Source: Spirochaetia bacterium (lineage in GTDB: Bacteria; Spirochaetota; Spirochaetia; SZUA-6; Bin103). From it: a stretch of DNA of 64,000 nucleotides. Made by a program: the position numbers and the translations under genes. Below, one piece after another: positions 40,712 to 49,964 of this stretch. Numbering within the stretch: position 1 is the first letter of the stretch; each line of letters starts with the position of its first letter. The DNA lies in the NCBI GenBank assembly GCA_965203515.1, contig OZ241907.1, forward strand, positions 3,648,001 to 3,712,000. Reading direction: 5' to 3'. The notes under the pieces were generated by a model that was given only the letters and a program-made list of their open reading frames with translations, was not told the DNA's origin and did no database searches.

Positions 40712-40718
40712 CGCGGAG

Positions 40719-42833
40719 GTGGCGCGTCAGGACGAGCGGCCGGTGCGCATCGGCGCCGACGTCGGCGGGACCTTCACCGACGTGGTGCTCACCGATGGGG
40801 CCGGCCGGATCTGGAACCACAAGCTGCCATCGACTCCGCCGGACTTCGAGCAGGCGGCGCTGGCCGGCATCCGGCGTACGCTGAGCCGGTCCGGCGCCGC
40901 CGGCAGCGACGTCGCCCTGGTCTCGCACGGCACGACGGTGGCGACCAACGCCGTGCTGGAAGGGCGCGGCGCGCGCACCGCGCTGATCACCACCGCCGGG
41001 TTTCGCGACGTGCTGGAGCTGCGCCGCATCCGCGCGCCGCAGCTCTATGACCTGTTCTTCGAGAAGCCGCCGGCCCTCATCGAACGCCGCCTGCGGTTCG
41101 AGCTCGGCGAGCGGGTCACCGCGTCCGGCGATGTCCTGCGCGGCGTGCGGGAGGAAGAGCTCGAGCGCATCGCGGCCGCGCTGGCGCGCGAGCGGGTGGA
41201 GTCGGTCGCCGTCTGCCTGCTGCACGCCTACGCCTATCCGCAGCACGAGCGGCAGGTGGGCGAGTTTCTGCGCGGAACGTTGCCGCGGCTGCAGGTGTCG
41301 CTGTCGTGCGACATCCTGCCGGAACGGCGCGAGTACGAGCGCACGGCGACGACCGCGGTCAACGCCTACGTGCGCCCGACGATGGCCGCGTACCTGCTGG
41401 CGATGCGGCGGGGACTCGACGAGCTGGGCATCGACGCTCCGCTGCTCATCATGCAGTCGTCCGGCGGTCTGGCCTCCGCGGCGCACACCGCCCGGCGGCC
41501 GGTCTTCATGCTCGAATCCGGGCCGGCGGCCGGCGTGCTGGCCGCCAACCTGAGCGCCCGGCGGCTCGGCGCCGCCAACGTCATCACCCTGGACATGGGC
41601 GGCACCACCGCCAAGGCGTCGATGGTCGAGGGCGGGCGGGTGAACTACTCGGCCCAGTACGAGGTGGGCGCCTCGCTGTCGTCGGGCAGCCGTCTGGTGG
41701 GCGGCGGGGGTGAACTGATCCGCGCGCCGACCATCGACATCGCCGAGGTCGGCGCCGGCGGCGGCAGCGTGGCGTACGTCGACACGGCCGGCGGCCTGCG
41801 CGTCGGCCCGCGCTCGGCCGGGGCGCGGCCGGGGCCGGCCTGCTACCGCCGCGGCGGCGCCGAGCCGACCCTGACCGACGCCAACGTCGTCCTGGGCTAC
41901 ATCCGCCCCGGTCCCCTGGCGGACGGCGACGTGGTGATCGACGCCGAGCTCGCCCGGCGCAGCGTGGCCGACCGCGTCGCCGGCCCGCTCGGCCTCGACC
42001 TGCCGGCCGCCGCGTTCGGCATCCACCGGATCGCCAACGCCACCACCATGCGCGCGCTCCGCCAAGTGTCGACCGAGCGGGGCCGGGACCCGCGCGAGTT
42101 TACGCTCGTGGCCTTCGGCGGCGCCGGTCCCATCCATGCCGCCGGGCTGGCCGGCGAGCTGGCGATCCGCCGCGTGATCATCCCGCCGCTGCCCGGCCTG
42201 TTCAGCGCCATGGGCCTGCTGTTCTCCGGCATCGAGCACCACGCGGTGCGTAGCTGCCTGCTGTCGCGGCAGGAGCTGACGGCGGACGCGTTGGAGGCGG
42301 TCCGCGCCGGCCTGCGCGACGGTCTGATGAACGCCTTTGCCGAAGAGGGGCATGCGGCGGGCGAGGTGGCCGTCCGCTACAGCGCGGACGTACGCTTCCG
42401 CGGGCAGACTTCGGAGATCAACGTGCCGCTGGCGTCCGCAGGAGCATGGGGTCCTGACGATCTGGAGGCGTTGCGGGAGGCGTTCGCGGACGAGCACGAA
42501 CGCCTGTACGGCCACCGTTCCGATCCCGACAATCCGGTGGAGGTGACTGCCCTGCGCGCGGTCGGCCGCGCCGAGGTCCCGGACGCGAGCGACCGGCTGC
42601 GGCCCGGCGAGCCGGCCGCCGGGCCGTCCCGCGACCGCAGCGCCTGGTTCGGCCCGTCATGGGGCCGCATCGACACGCCGGTCTGCCGCCGGGAGGACCT
42701 GCGGCACGGCGCGCGCGGCCCGCTGCTGATCGACGAGTACGACACCACGATCGTGGTGCCGCCCGCACTGCGGGCCCGCGCGGACGACCTGCTCAACGTC
42801 CACGTCGAGATCGAAGCGGAGGCGCGGCCCTAG
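40719..42833 (+). CDS. hyuA: Hydantoinase/oxoprolinase subunit A (N-methylhydantoinase A-like)
   Basis: DVGGTFTD, HGTTVATN, ESGPAAG, DMGGTT, GPRSAGA.PGPACY, FGGAG. Confidence 0.92.
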   Translation: MARQDERPVRIGADVGGTFTDVVLTDGAGRIWNHKLPSTPPDFEQAALAGIRRTLSRSGAAGSDVALVSHGTTVATNAVLEGRGARTALITTAGFRDVLELRRIRAPQLYDLFFEKPPALIERRLRFELGERVTASGDVLRGVREEELERIAAALARERVESVAVCLLHAYAYPQHERQVGEFLRGTLPRLQVSLSCDILPERREYERTATTAVNAYVRPTMAAYLLAMRRGLDELGIDAPLLIMQSSGGLASAAHTARRPVFMLESGPAAGVLAANLSARRLGAANVITLDMGGTTAKASMVEGGRVNYSAQYEVGASLSSGSRLVGGGGELIRAPTIDIAEVGAGGGSVAYVDTAGGLRVGPRSAGARPGPACYRRGGAEPTLTDANVVLGYIRPGPLADGDVVIDAELARRSVADRVAGPLGLDLPAAAFGIHRIANATTMRALRQVSTERGRDPREFTLVAFGGAGPIHAAGLAGELAIRRVIIPPLPGLFSAMGLLFSGIEHHAVRSCLLSRQELTADALEAVRAGLRDGLMNAFAEEGHAAGEVAVRYSADVRFRGQTSEINVPLASAGAWGPDDLEALREAFADEHERLYGHRSDPDNPVEVTALRAVGRAEVPDASDRLRPGEPAAGPSRDRSAWFGPSWGRIDTPVCRREDLRHGARGPLLIDEYDTTIVVPPALRARADDLLNVHVEIEAEARP

Positions 42834-45098
42834 ATGACGCCCGATCCGGTCACGCGTGAGATCGTCAAGAACGCGCTGGCCGCGGCCGCCGACGAGATGG
42901 CGATCGCCCTCTACCGGACCGCCTACTCGACGATCGTGCGCGATTGCCTCGACTACTCCACCTCGCTCTGCGACGGCCAGGGCGAAATGATCGCGCAGGG
43001 CGTGACCATCCCGCTGCACCTCGGCTCGGTGCCGTTCGCGATGGAGACGCTGCTCGCCAAGTACGGCGAAAGCATGGAAGAGGGCGACATCTTCATCCTC
43101 AACGACCCCTTCGAGGGCGGCATGCACATCCCGGACATCTTCATCATCAAGCCGATCTACTGGGAGGGATCGCGCGTCGCCTTTTCCGTGGCCACCGCGC
43201 ACCATCTCGATCTGGGCGGGCGGCTGCCGGGAAGCTCGGCGTGCGACAACACCGAGATCTTCCAGGAAGGGCTGCGCATCCCGTGGCTGAAGCTGTATCG
43301 GCGGGGCGAGCCGGACGAGTCGCTGTTCGCGATGCTGCGGGTGAACGTCCGCGTGCCGGAGATGACGCTGGGCGACGTGCGCGCGCAGGTGGCGGCCTGC
43401 CACACCGGCGAGCGCGCGGTGCGCGAGCTCGTGCGCCGCTACGGCCCGGACACGTTCCGCGCGTGCGCGGCCGATCTGATCGACTACACCGAGCGGCTGA
43501 TGCGCGCCGAGATCGCGCGCTGGCCGGACGGCACGCGCACCTTCACCGACTACATGGACTCCGACGGGATGGGCGGCCCGCCGGTGAAGCTGCACGTGGC
43601 CGTGACGGTGCGGGGCGACAGCCTCACCGCGGACTTCACCGGCACCGCGGCCCAGGCGCCGGGAGCGATCAACAACACCTTCTCCTTCACCTTTTCGGTC
43701 GCCGCCCTGACCGTACGAGCGGCGTTGCGCCAGGAGCTGCCCAACACCGCCGGCATCTTCCGGCCGATCACGGTCATAGCTCCCGAAGGGACGGTGCTGA
43801 ACGTGGTGATGCCCGGCGCGTCGTCGATGCGCGGGATCACCGGCTTCCGGCTCGCCGACCTGATGTTCGGAGCGCTCGCGCAGTTCGTCCCGCACCGTAT
43901 CCAGGCGGCGGGCGAGGGGGGCAACTCGCTGGTGGTGATCGGCGGCCGCCGCCCCGATCGATCGCCCTACGTCTACAACGAGCTGATGACCGGCACGTGG
44001 GGCGCGCGCCCGGACCGCGACGGCAACGACGGGCTCTGCAACCCCGCCAACGTCGCCAGCAATATCCCGGTGGAGGAGGCCGAGAGCAACTACCCGGTGC
44101 GGATCGAGCGCTACGGACTGGTTCGGGACAGCGGCGGGCCGGGAAGATTCCGCGGCGGCATGGCGGTGGAGCGGGAGTGGCGGCTCCTGGACGGTCGCGC
44201 CCACCTGGCGATCCGTTCCGACCGGCGCGACCACCTGCCGTACGGGCTCGCCGGCGGCCGGCCGGGCCGGGGCTCCACCAACGTGCTGCGCCGGGCGTCC
44301 GGCCAGGAGGAGACCCTCATCACCATGATCTCCACGTCGATGGAGGCCGGCGAGCGGCTCTATCACCGCCAGGCCGCCGGCGGCGGCTGGGGCGATCCCC
44401 TGCAGCGGGACCCGGAGCTGGTGGCGCGGGACGTCCGCAACGACAAGGTGTCGCTCCGCTCGGCCCGCGAGGACTACGGCGTGGTCCTCGATCCCGACAC
44501 CTTCGCCGTGGACCGCAAGGCCACGCTCCGTCGACGGCGGCGGCCGGCGTCCGGTACGGTGGCGCAAGAAGTCGAAGAGCGCGAAGGACGTGAGGAGTCG
44601 AGGGTGAGTGACGTGCCGACGTACGTGCTGGAGCGGGCGTTCGATGCGCCGCGCGAGCTGGTGTGGAAGGCGTGGACCGATGCGGAGCTGCTGCCGCGCT
44701 GGTACGGGCCGGGGGTGGAGACGATCGTCCATCGCCTCGACGTGCGGCCCGGCGGGCTGTGGCTGGGCGAGATGCGCATGGGCGGCGGTTCGCATTACCA
44801 GCGGGTCGAGTACACGGAGGTGACGCCGCCGGAGCGGCTGGTCTGGCTCCACTCCGTCACGGACGCCGACTGGAACGTCACCGCCAACCCCATGATGCCG
44901 GGCTGGCCCCGCGTGCTGCTGACGACCGTGACGTTCCGGGAGGACGGCGGCCGGACCCGGATGCGCCTGACCTGGGTGCCGCACGAGGCGAGCGACGCTG
45001 AAATCGCCGCCTTCGCCGGCGCGATCGATAGCCTGGACAAGGGCTGGAGCGCCGGCATGGACCTGATCGTCGAGCTGCTGGCCGAACTGCAGGGCTGA
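42834..45098 (+). CDS. hyuB: Hydantoinase/oxoprolinase subunit B in frame with a C-terminal SRPBCC (AHSA1-like) domain
   Basis: RTAYSTIVRD, NDPFEGGMH.PD, HHLDLGG, EGLRIP, GGGWGDPLQR; then from 44604 VLERAFDAPRELVWKAWTD..GW. Confidence 0.88.
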   Translation: MTPDPVTREIVKNALAAAADEMAIALYRTAYSTIVRDCLDYSTSLCDGQGEMIAQGVTIPLHLGSVPFAMETLLAKYGESMEEGDIFILNDPFEGGMHIPDIFIIKPIYWEGSRVAFSVATAHHLDLGGRLPGSSACDNTEIFQEGLRIPWLKLYRRGEPDESLFAMLRVNVRVPEMTLGDVRAQVAACHTGERAVRELVRRYGPDTFRACAADLIDYTERLMRAEIARWPDGTRTFTDYMDSDGMGGPPVKLHVAVTVRGDSLTADFTGTAAQAPGAINNTFSFTFSVAALTVRAALRQELPNTAGIFRPITVIAPEGTVLNVVMPGASSMRGITGFRLADLMFGALAQFVPHRIQAAGEGGNSLVVIGGRRPDRSPYVYNELMTGTWGARPDRDGNDGLCNPANVASNIPVEEAESNYPVRIERYGLVRDSGGPGRFRGGMAVEREWRLLDGRAHLAIRSDRRDHLPYGLAGGRPGRGSTNVLRRASGQEETLITMISTSMEAGERLYHRQAAGGGWGDPLQRDPELVARDVRNDKVSLRSAREDYGVVLDPDTFAVDRKATLRRRRRPASGTVAQEVEEREGREESRVSDVPTYVLERAFDAPRELVWKAWTDAELLPRWYGPGVETIVHRLDVRPGGLWLGEMRMGGGSHYQRVEYTEVTPPERLVWLHSVTDADWNVTANPMMPGWPRVLLTTVTFREDGGRTRMRLTWVPHEASDAEIAAFAGAIDSLDKGWSAGMDLIVELLAELQG

Positions 45099-45126
45099 GC
45101 CGACGGCGCGGCAGGCTGCCGAATCG

Positions 45127-46230
45127 ATGCGAGTGACCAACGTCAGGGTCGATCTGTTCGCCTGGAACGGCGAAGTGTGGAAGACCGGCATCGGCGCCAC
45201 GTTCGGCGGCGCGACCCGGCTCGGCGTGGTGAGCGTGGAGACCGACGCCGGCATCACCGGCAACGCGTTTCTGGGCAGCTCCCACGTCGGCGGGCACCAC
45301 TTGGCCGGCCCGCTGGTCGAGTACCTCAAGCCGGTCGTCATGGGTCAGGACCCGCAGGACATCGGGCGGCTCTGGCAGCGGCTCTGGAAGATGAACCGCC
45401 AGGCGCCGATTCCCGCGATCGGCGCGATCGACATCTGCCTGTGGGACATCAATGGCAAGATCGCCGGCCAACCGATCCACCGGCTGCTCGGCACCTGCAA
45501 GGATGCGGTTCCCGCGTATTCCAGCACCGCGTACCACCGGACCGCGGCCGAGTACGCGGAGGAGGCGCTGCGGTTCAAGGAGCTGGGATGGCAGGCGCAC
45601 AAGCTCCATCCGCACGGCGAGCCGAACGCGGACATCGACATCTGCCGCGCGGTGCGCGAGGCGGTCGGCGGCGACTTCACGCTCATGCTCGACTCGATGT
45701 GGGCGTACCGGTATGCCGACGCGCTGCGCGTCGGCCGCGCCGTCGAGGAGATGGGCTACTACTGGTACGAGGACCCGCTCGCCGAAGAGGACCTCTACAA
45801 CTACGTCGACCTGGGACAGAAGCTCGACATCCCGATCATGTCGACCGAGTACGCGCCGGGCCGGTTTCCCGGCATGGCCGCATGGATCACGCAGCGGGCC
45901 ACCGACATCCTCCGCGGCGACGTCGCCGTCACCGGCGGCATCACGCCGCTTGTTCGCCAATGCCACCTGGCCGAGGGTTTCGGCATGCGCTGCGAGCTCC
46001 ACCACGGCGGCAACAGCCTCAACAACGTCGCCAACCTGCACGTGACGATGGCCGTTCCCAACTGCGAGTTCTACGAGTTCTTTCCCTGTACCGGTGCGAA
46101 CGTGTACGGCCTGGTCCGGGACATCGAGGTCGACGCTGCCGGCATGGTGCATGCGCCGGTCGAGCCGGGGCTCGGCTATGCGATCGACTGGGACTTGGTG
46201 AACCGGGAACGGATCGCCGCGGTCGAGTAG
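45127..46230 (+). CDS. Mandelate racemase/muconate lactonizing enzyme family (enolase superfamily)
   Basis: AIDICLWDINGK, AHKLH, LMLD, WYEDP, STE, GGIT, PGLG. Confidence 0.9.
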   Translation: MRVTNVRVDLFAWNGEVWKTGIGATFGGATRLGVVSVETDAGITGNAFLGSSHVGGHHLAGPLVEYLKPVVMGQDPQDIGRLWQRLWKMNRQAPIPAIGAIDICLWDINGKIAGQPIHRLLGTCKDAVPAYSSTAYHRTAAEYAEEALRFKELGWQAHKLHPHGEPNADIDICRAVREAVGGDFTLMLDSMWAYRYADALRVGRAVEEMGYYWYEDPLAEEDLYNYVDLGQKLDIPIMSTEYAPGRFPGMAAWITQRATDILRGDVAVTGGITPLVRQCHLAEGFGMRCELHHGGNSLNNVANLHVTMAVPNCEFYEFFPCTGANVYGLVRDIEVDAAGMVHAPVEPGLGYAIDWDLVNRERIAAVE

Positions 46231-46237
46231 GCGGCCG

Positions 46238-46990
46238 GTGCGCGACGAAGCCCCGTCGATCCCGGATCCGCAGTACCGCTGGAGACCGGGCGCCGGTCCG
46301 CGCACTCCGGAAGAGATCGACGCGTTCTTCCATTCGGCTGCGATCGAGCGGCTCAAGGAGCTGATGTGCGACATCGGCCGCCGCCTGTGGCAGCGGGAGT
46401 TCGTGGACGGCAACGGCGGCAACCTGACCATCCGCGTCGGCGACGATCTGGTGCTGTGCACGCCGACCGGCACCAGCAAAGGCTTCATGACGCCGGACAT
46501 GATGTGCCTGGTCGACATGCGGGGCCGGCAGGTGGCCGGCGCGCGGGTGCGCACCAGCGAGATACTCACCCACCTGGGCGTCATGCGGCGGCAGCCGGAC
46601 GCCAAGGCGTGCTGCCACGCGCATCCGCCGACCGCGACCGGCTGCGCCGTGGCCGGCGTCGCGCCGGAGCGGTTCCTCACCCCGGAGGCGGAGGTGTTTC
46701 TGGGCGAGGTGGGGCTGGCCGAGTACCGGAATCCGGGCAGCGCTGCCAACGGCCTCGCGGTGGGCGGCGCGGCGGAGCGGCACCTGTGCGTGCTGATGCG
46801 CAATCACGGGGTGATGACCCGCGGCAAGCACCTGGAGATCGCCTACTGGCGGATGGAAAACGTGGAGGCGCTCTGCCGCACCTGGCTGGCCGCGCGCGCG
46901 GCGCTCCCGCAGGGAACGCTCCCGCGGATCACCGGCGACGAGGCTCGGCACCTCCGGGAGCTCTACGCACGAATGTCGTCGGAAGGTTGA
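46238..46990 (+). CDS. Class II aldolase/adducin family protein (FucA-like)
   Basis: GGNLT, TPTG, TSE, HAHP, NHG. Confidence 0.9.
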   Translation: MRDEAPSIPDPQYRWRPGAGPRTPEEIDAFFHSAAIERLKELMCDIGRRLWQREFVDGNGGNLTIRVGDDLVLCTPTGTSKGFMTPDMMCLVDMRGRQVAGARVRTSEILTHLGVMRRQPDAKACCHAHPPTATGCAVAGVAPERFLTPEAEVFLGEVGLAEYRNPGSAANGLAVGGAAERHLCVLMRNHGVMTRGKHLEIAYWRMENVEALCRTWLAARAALPQGTLPRITGDEARHLRELYARMSSEG

Positions 46991-47016
46991 CGGATCGCGC
47001 GGCGCGGCCGCGTGGA

Positions 47017-47919
47017 TCAGCCCTTGACCGCTCCCAGGGTGATGCCTCGTTCGAACGCCCTTCTCATGAACGGAAAGATGATCAGCAGCGGCGCCGAGGA
47101 GACGACCATGGAGACGTACTTGATCCCTTCCCGGATGCGTATCTGCAGGTCGTAGTCGATGCGGTCGCTGAGCATGGCGGCGACCGTCACCGAGTCGGCG
47201 GCGATGAGAATCTCGCGCAGGATCAGTTGCAGGGGGAACCGGTCGCGCGAGGTGAGAAAGATCAGGGCCTGGACATACGAGTTCCAGTGTCCGATCCCGT
47301 AGCTCAGCGCCAGAAACGTCACCAGCGGCGTCGATACCGGCAGGACCACCCTGAACAGGAGTTGGAAGTTGTTGCAGCCGTCGATGCGTCCGGCCTCTTG
47401 CATCTCGTTCGGAACGGCGGTCTCGAAGAAGGACCGCGCGATGATGATCATGAACGCGTTCACGGCGTTGGGGGCGACCATCGCCCAGAACGTATCGAGC
47501 ATGCCAAGGCGGCGCACCACCAGATAGGTCGGGATCAGCCCGCCGGAAAGATAGAGCGTGACCACCAGCGCTTTCAGGATGATCTTGCGGCCGTGCAGGT
47601 CCTTGCGCGACAGCGGGTAGGCGGCCAGCACCGTCAACAGCACGTTCAAGGCAACGCCGCCCGCCATGTACAGGATGCTGTTGCGAAAGCCGGTCCAGAT
47701 CACCGGCGTGGACAGGATGCGGTCGTACGCTTCGAGGGTGAGCCCCTTCGGCCAGAACACCACCGGCTCCCGCAGCAGCTCCTTGATGTCGCTGAACGAC
47801 GCGACCACGACGTACCACAGCGGGTAGACGATGGCGAGCAGGAACAGGCCGATCAGCGCGACGTTGGCCACGTCGAAGACCCGCTCCGACCGCGTGCGGG
47901 CAAACCGGTCTATCCCCAC
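47017..47919 (-). CDS. Carbohydrate ABC transporter permease
   Basis: AAYPLSR, SGGLIPTY, EAGRIDG, WNSY, PLQLIL, GAVKG; GTG start overlaps the upstream permease. Confidence 0.92.
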   Translation of the reverse strand: MGIDRFARTRSERVFDVANVALIGLFLLAIVYPLWYVVVASFSDIKELLREPVVFWPKGLTLEAYDRILSTPVIWTGFRNSILYMAGGVALNVLLTVLAAYPLSRKDLHGRKIILKALVVTLYLSGGLIPTYLVVRRLGMLDTFWAMVAPNAVNAFMIIIARSFFETAVPNEMQEAGRIDGCNNFQLLFRVVLPVSTPLVTFLALSYGIGHWNSYVQALIFLTSRDRFPLQLILREILIAADSVTVAAMLSDRIDYDLQIRIREGIKYVSMVVSSAPLLIIFPFMRRAFERGITLGAVKG

Positions 47920-48812
47920 AGGCTGACCCCGCGCGCGCGCTTCGATACGGTATTGGCCGCGACCAGGAACAACACGTTGATGGCCATGTTGAAGATCGAT
48001 ATCGCCGTGGAGTAGCTGAACTGCGCCTGCAGCAGGCCGGCTTTGTACACGTACGTCGAAATCACCTCGGAGGCCTCGAGGTTGAGGTCGTTCTGGAGCA
48101 GGAGCACCTTCTCGAATCCCAGGGTCATGATGTTGCCGATCTGCAGAATCAGCAGCATGACGATGATCGGCGAGATCGACGGCAACGTGACGTGCCACAT
48201 CCTGCGCACCTTGCGCGCCCCGTCGATCACCGCCGCTTCGTAGTACGAGTCCGGGATGGTGGCCATCGCCGCCGTGTAGATGATCGTCGAGAACCCGACC
48301 CGCTGCCAGATCGACGACCATACGTAGACGTGCCAGAAGTACTCCGGTTCGGCCAGGTAGTGGCGCGCCTCCAGCCCCAGCGCGCCGAGCAGGGCGTTGA
48401 CGATGCCGGCGCTCGGTGACAGGAAGTTCACGATCATGCCGGCGACCACCATGATCGACAGGAAGCTCGGCGCGTAGGAGATCACCTGCGCGACGTTCCT
48501 GAATCGGATCGAGCGCAGTTCGTTGAACATGAGCGCCAGGACGATCGACGCCGGAAAGCCGACCAGCAGCTCGTAGAGGTTGATGCCGATCGTGTTCCTG
48601 AGCGTGCGGAACAGGTAGAACGATCCGAAGTAGCGGACGAAGTGCTTCAGCCCCACCCACGGGCTGCCCCAGAAGCCGCCGCTGACGGTGAAGTCGCGGA
48701 AGCCGATCTGAATGCCGTACAGCGGCCAGAGCCAGAAGACCGCATAGAACAGCAGGACCGGGGCGAGCATCAGGTAGAGGTCCGCGTTGCCGCGGACGCG
48801 CTTGCCGTGCAC
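47910..48812 (-). CDS. Carbohydrate ABC transporter permease (LplB-like)
   Basis: SPWVGLKHF, YEAAVIDGA, WHVTLP, GFEKV, ISTYVY. Confidence 0.92.
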   Translation of the reverse strand: MHGKRVRGNADLYLMLAPVLLFYAVFWLWPLYGIQIGFRDFTVSGGFWGSPWVGLKHFVRYFGSFYLFRTLRNTIGINLYELLVGFPASIVLALMFNELRSIRFRNVAQVISYAPSFLSIMVVAGMIVNFLSPSAGIVNALLGALGLEARHYLAEPEYFWHVYVWSSIWQRVGFSTIIYTAAMATIPDSYYEAAVIDGARKVRRMWHVTLPSISPIIVMLLILQIGNIMTLGFEKVLLLQNDLNLEASEVISTYVYKAGLLQAQFSYSTAISIFNMAINVLFLVAANTVSKRARGVSLWG

Positions 48813-48844
48813 GACTCGATCGATCCGGCGTCCGGCGAAGGGAA

Positions 48845-49948
48845 TCAGGCGATGCCGGCGGCCGCCTCACGTTCGCGCGCGGGCGCCGTCGCGGGAACGG
48901 ATGCCGCCGCGGGCAGTTCCGGGACGAATCGGTAGTCCGGCTCGCGTGCCTGCCGTTCGAGAATGCGGGCGATCTGCGTCCACGTCTCGCGCAGGCCGCG
49001 CGTGCAGCGCGGCATGTCGCGGCGGATCAGCCGGTGCAGGCGACCGAGCCGGTAGCAGGGCACGGCGGCGTACATGTGATGCTCGGTGTGGTAGTTCATG
49101 TGCCAGTACAGGAACTGCAGCACCGGGCTCAGGTAGATCGTCCGGCAACAGAGGCGATAGTCGGGGACGTTGTCCTGCAGGCCGATGTGCTGCGTCGCGT
49201 TGCACAGGCGCTGCAGCCAGCCGCCGAACGCCCGCGGAAAGGTGATCACCAGCGGCACCACCCACAGACCGTTCGCCAGCGCCGCGGCGGCGATCGCCAG
49301 GTGTCCGAACAGCACGATCCGGTCCCAGTTGCGCCGCGCCCGGCGCCGTTCGGGCGCGCTCGGCGGAAACAGATCGGCGAGCCAGGAGCCGGCCGGGCCG
49401 ACGTAGCCGCGGACGGTCCGCGCGTAGCCCTTGAGCACCGCGGGGACGTAACGGAGATCGACGATCCCCGACTTCCAGAAGTCCTGCAGGTCGAAGCTGC
49501 CGGGGATCTCCACCTCGCGGTCGGCCGGCGGATGCAGCGTGTACTTGTGGTGCGCGGTGTGGCTGGCCCAGAACACGTGATGGTTGTACCAGCCGATGAA
49601 CGAGTAGATGCGCAGGAACAGCCGGTTGAGCCACCGCGTCCTGAACACCGAGTCGTGGATCAGCTCGTGGAATCCGTTGACGATGAAGTGCCAGAAGTGG
49701 CCGTTGACCAGCACCAGCAGCGCGGTGACGTACCACGGCCAGTGGAGCGAGGAGTAGATCGCCGCTCCCGATGCCGCCGCCAACACCGCCAGGAAGCCGA
49801 GGGTCTGCGCGAATCCCAGCGCGTCGCTCTTCCGGTTCAGCTCCTTCAGCCGTTCGCGCGGCACCGGGCAGCGGTACCACGCCACGCGCTTACCCACGCG
49901 CGAAGGCTCCCGCGTATTCGGGTACGTCGCCGGACCGGCCCCGCTCAT
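48845..49948 (-). CDS. Membrane fatty-acid-desaturase-family di-iron enzyme (paralog of 39521-40711)
   Basis: His boxes HELIH, HTAHH, QH, HTEHH. Confidence 0.85.
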   Translation of the reverse strand: MSGAGPATYPNTREPSRVGKRVAWYRCPVPRERLKELNRKSDALGFAQTLGFLAVLAAASGAAIYSSLHWPWYVTALLVLVNGHFWHFIVNGFHELIHDSVFRTRWLNRLFLRIYSFIGWYNHHVFWASHTAHHKYTLHPPADREVEIPGSFDLQDFWKSGIVDLRYVPAVLKGYARTVRGYVGPAGSWLADLFPPSAPERRRARRNWDRIVLFGHLAIAAAALANGLWVVPLVITFPRAFGGWLQRLCNATQHIGLQDNVPDYRLCCRTIYLSPVLQFLYWHMNYHTEHHMYAAVPCYRLGRLHRLIRRDMPRCTRGLRETWTQIARILERQAREPDYRFVPELPAAASVPATAPAREREAAAGIA

Positions 49949-49954
49949 CTCGAC

Positions 49955-49964
49955 ACGATACCAT
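49955..49964. promoter_or_regulatory. Overlapping divergent -10 elements, putative leaderless promoters
   Basis: Minus strand TGgTATCGT lies 6 nt before ATG 49948; plus strand TACCAT lies 7 nt before the in-frame GTG 49972. Confidence 0.5.

Noticed and set aside
46991..47016. Possible bidirectional terminator between convergent operons
   Set aside because: Only a short GC hairpin with no U-tract, expected by chance at this GC content.
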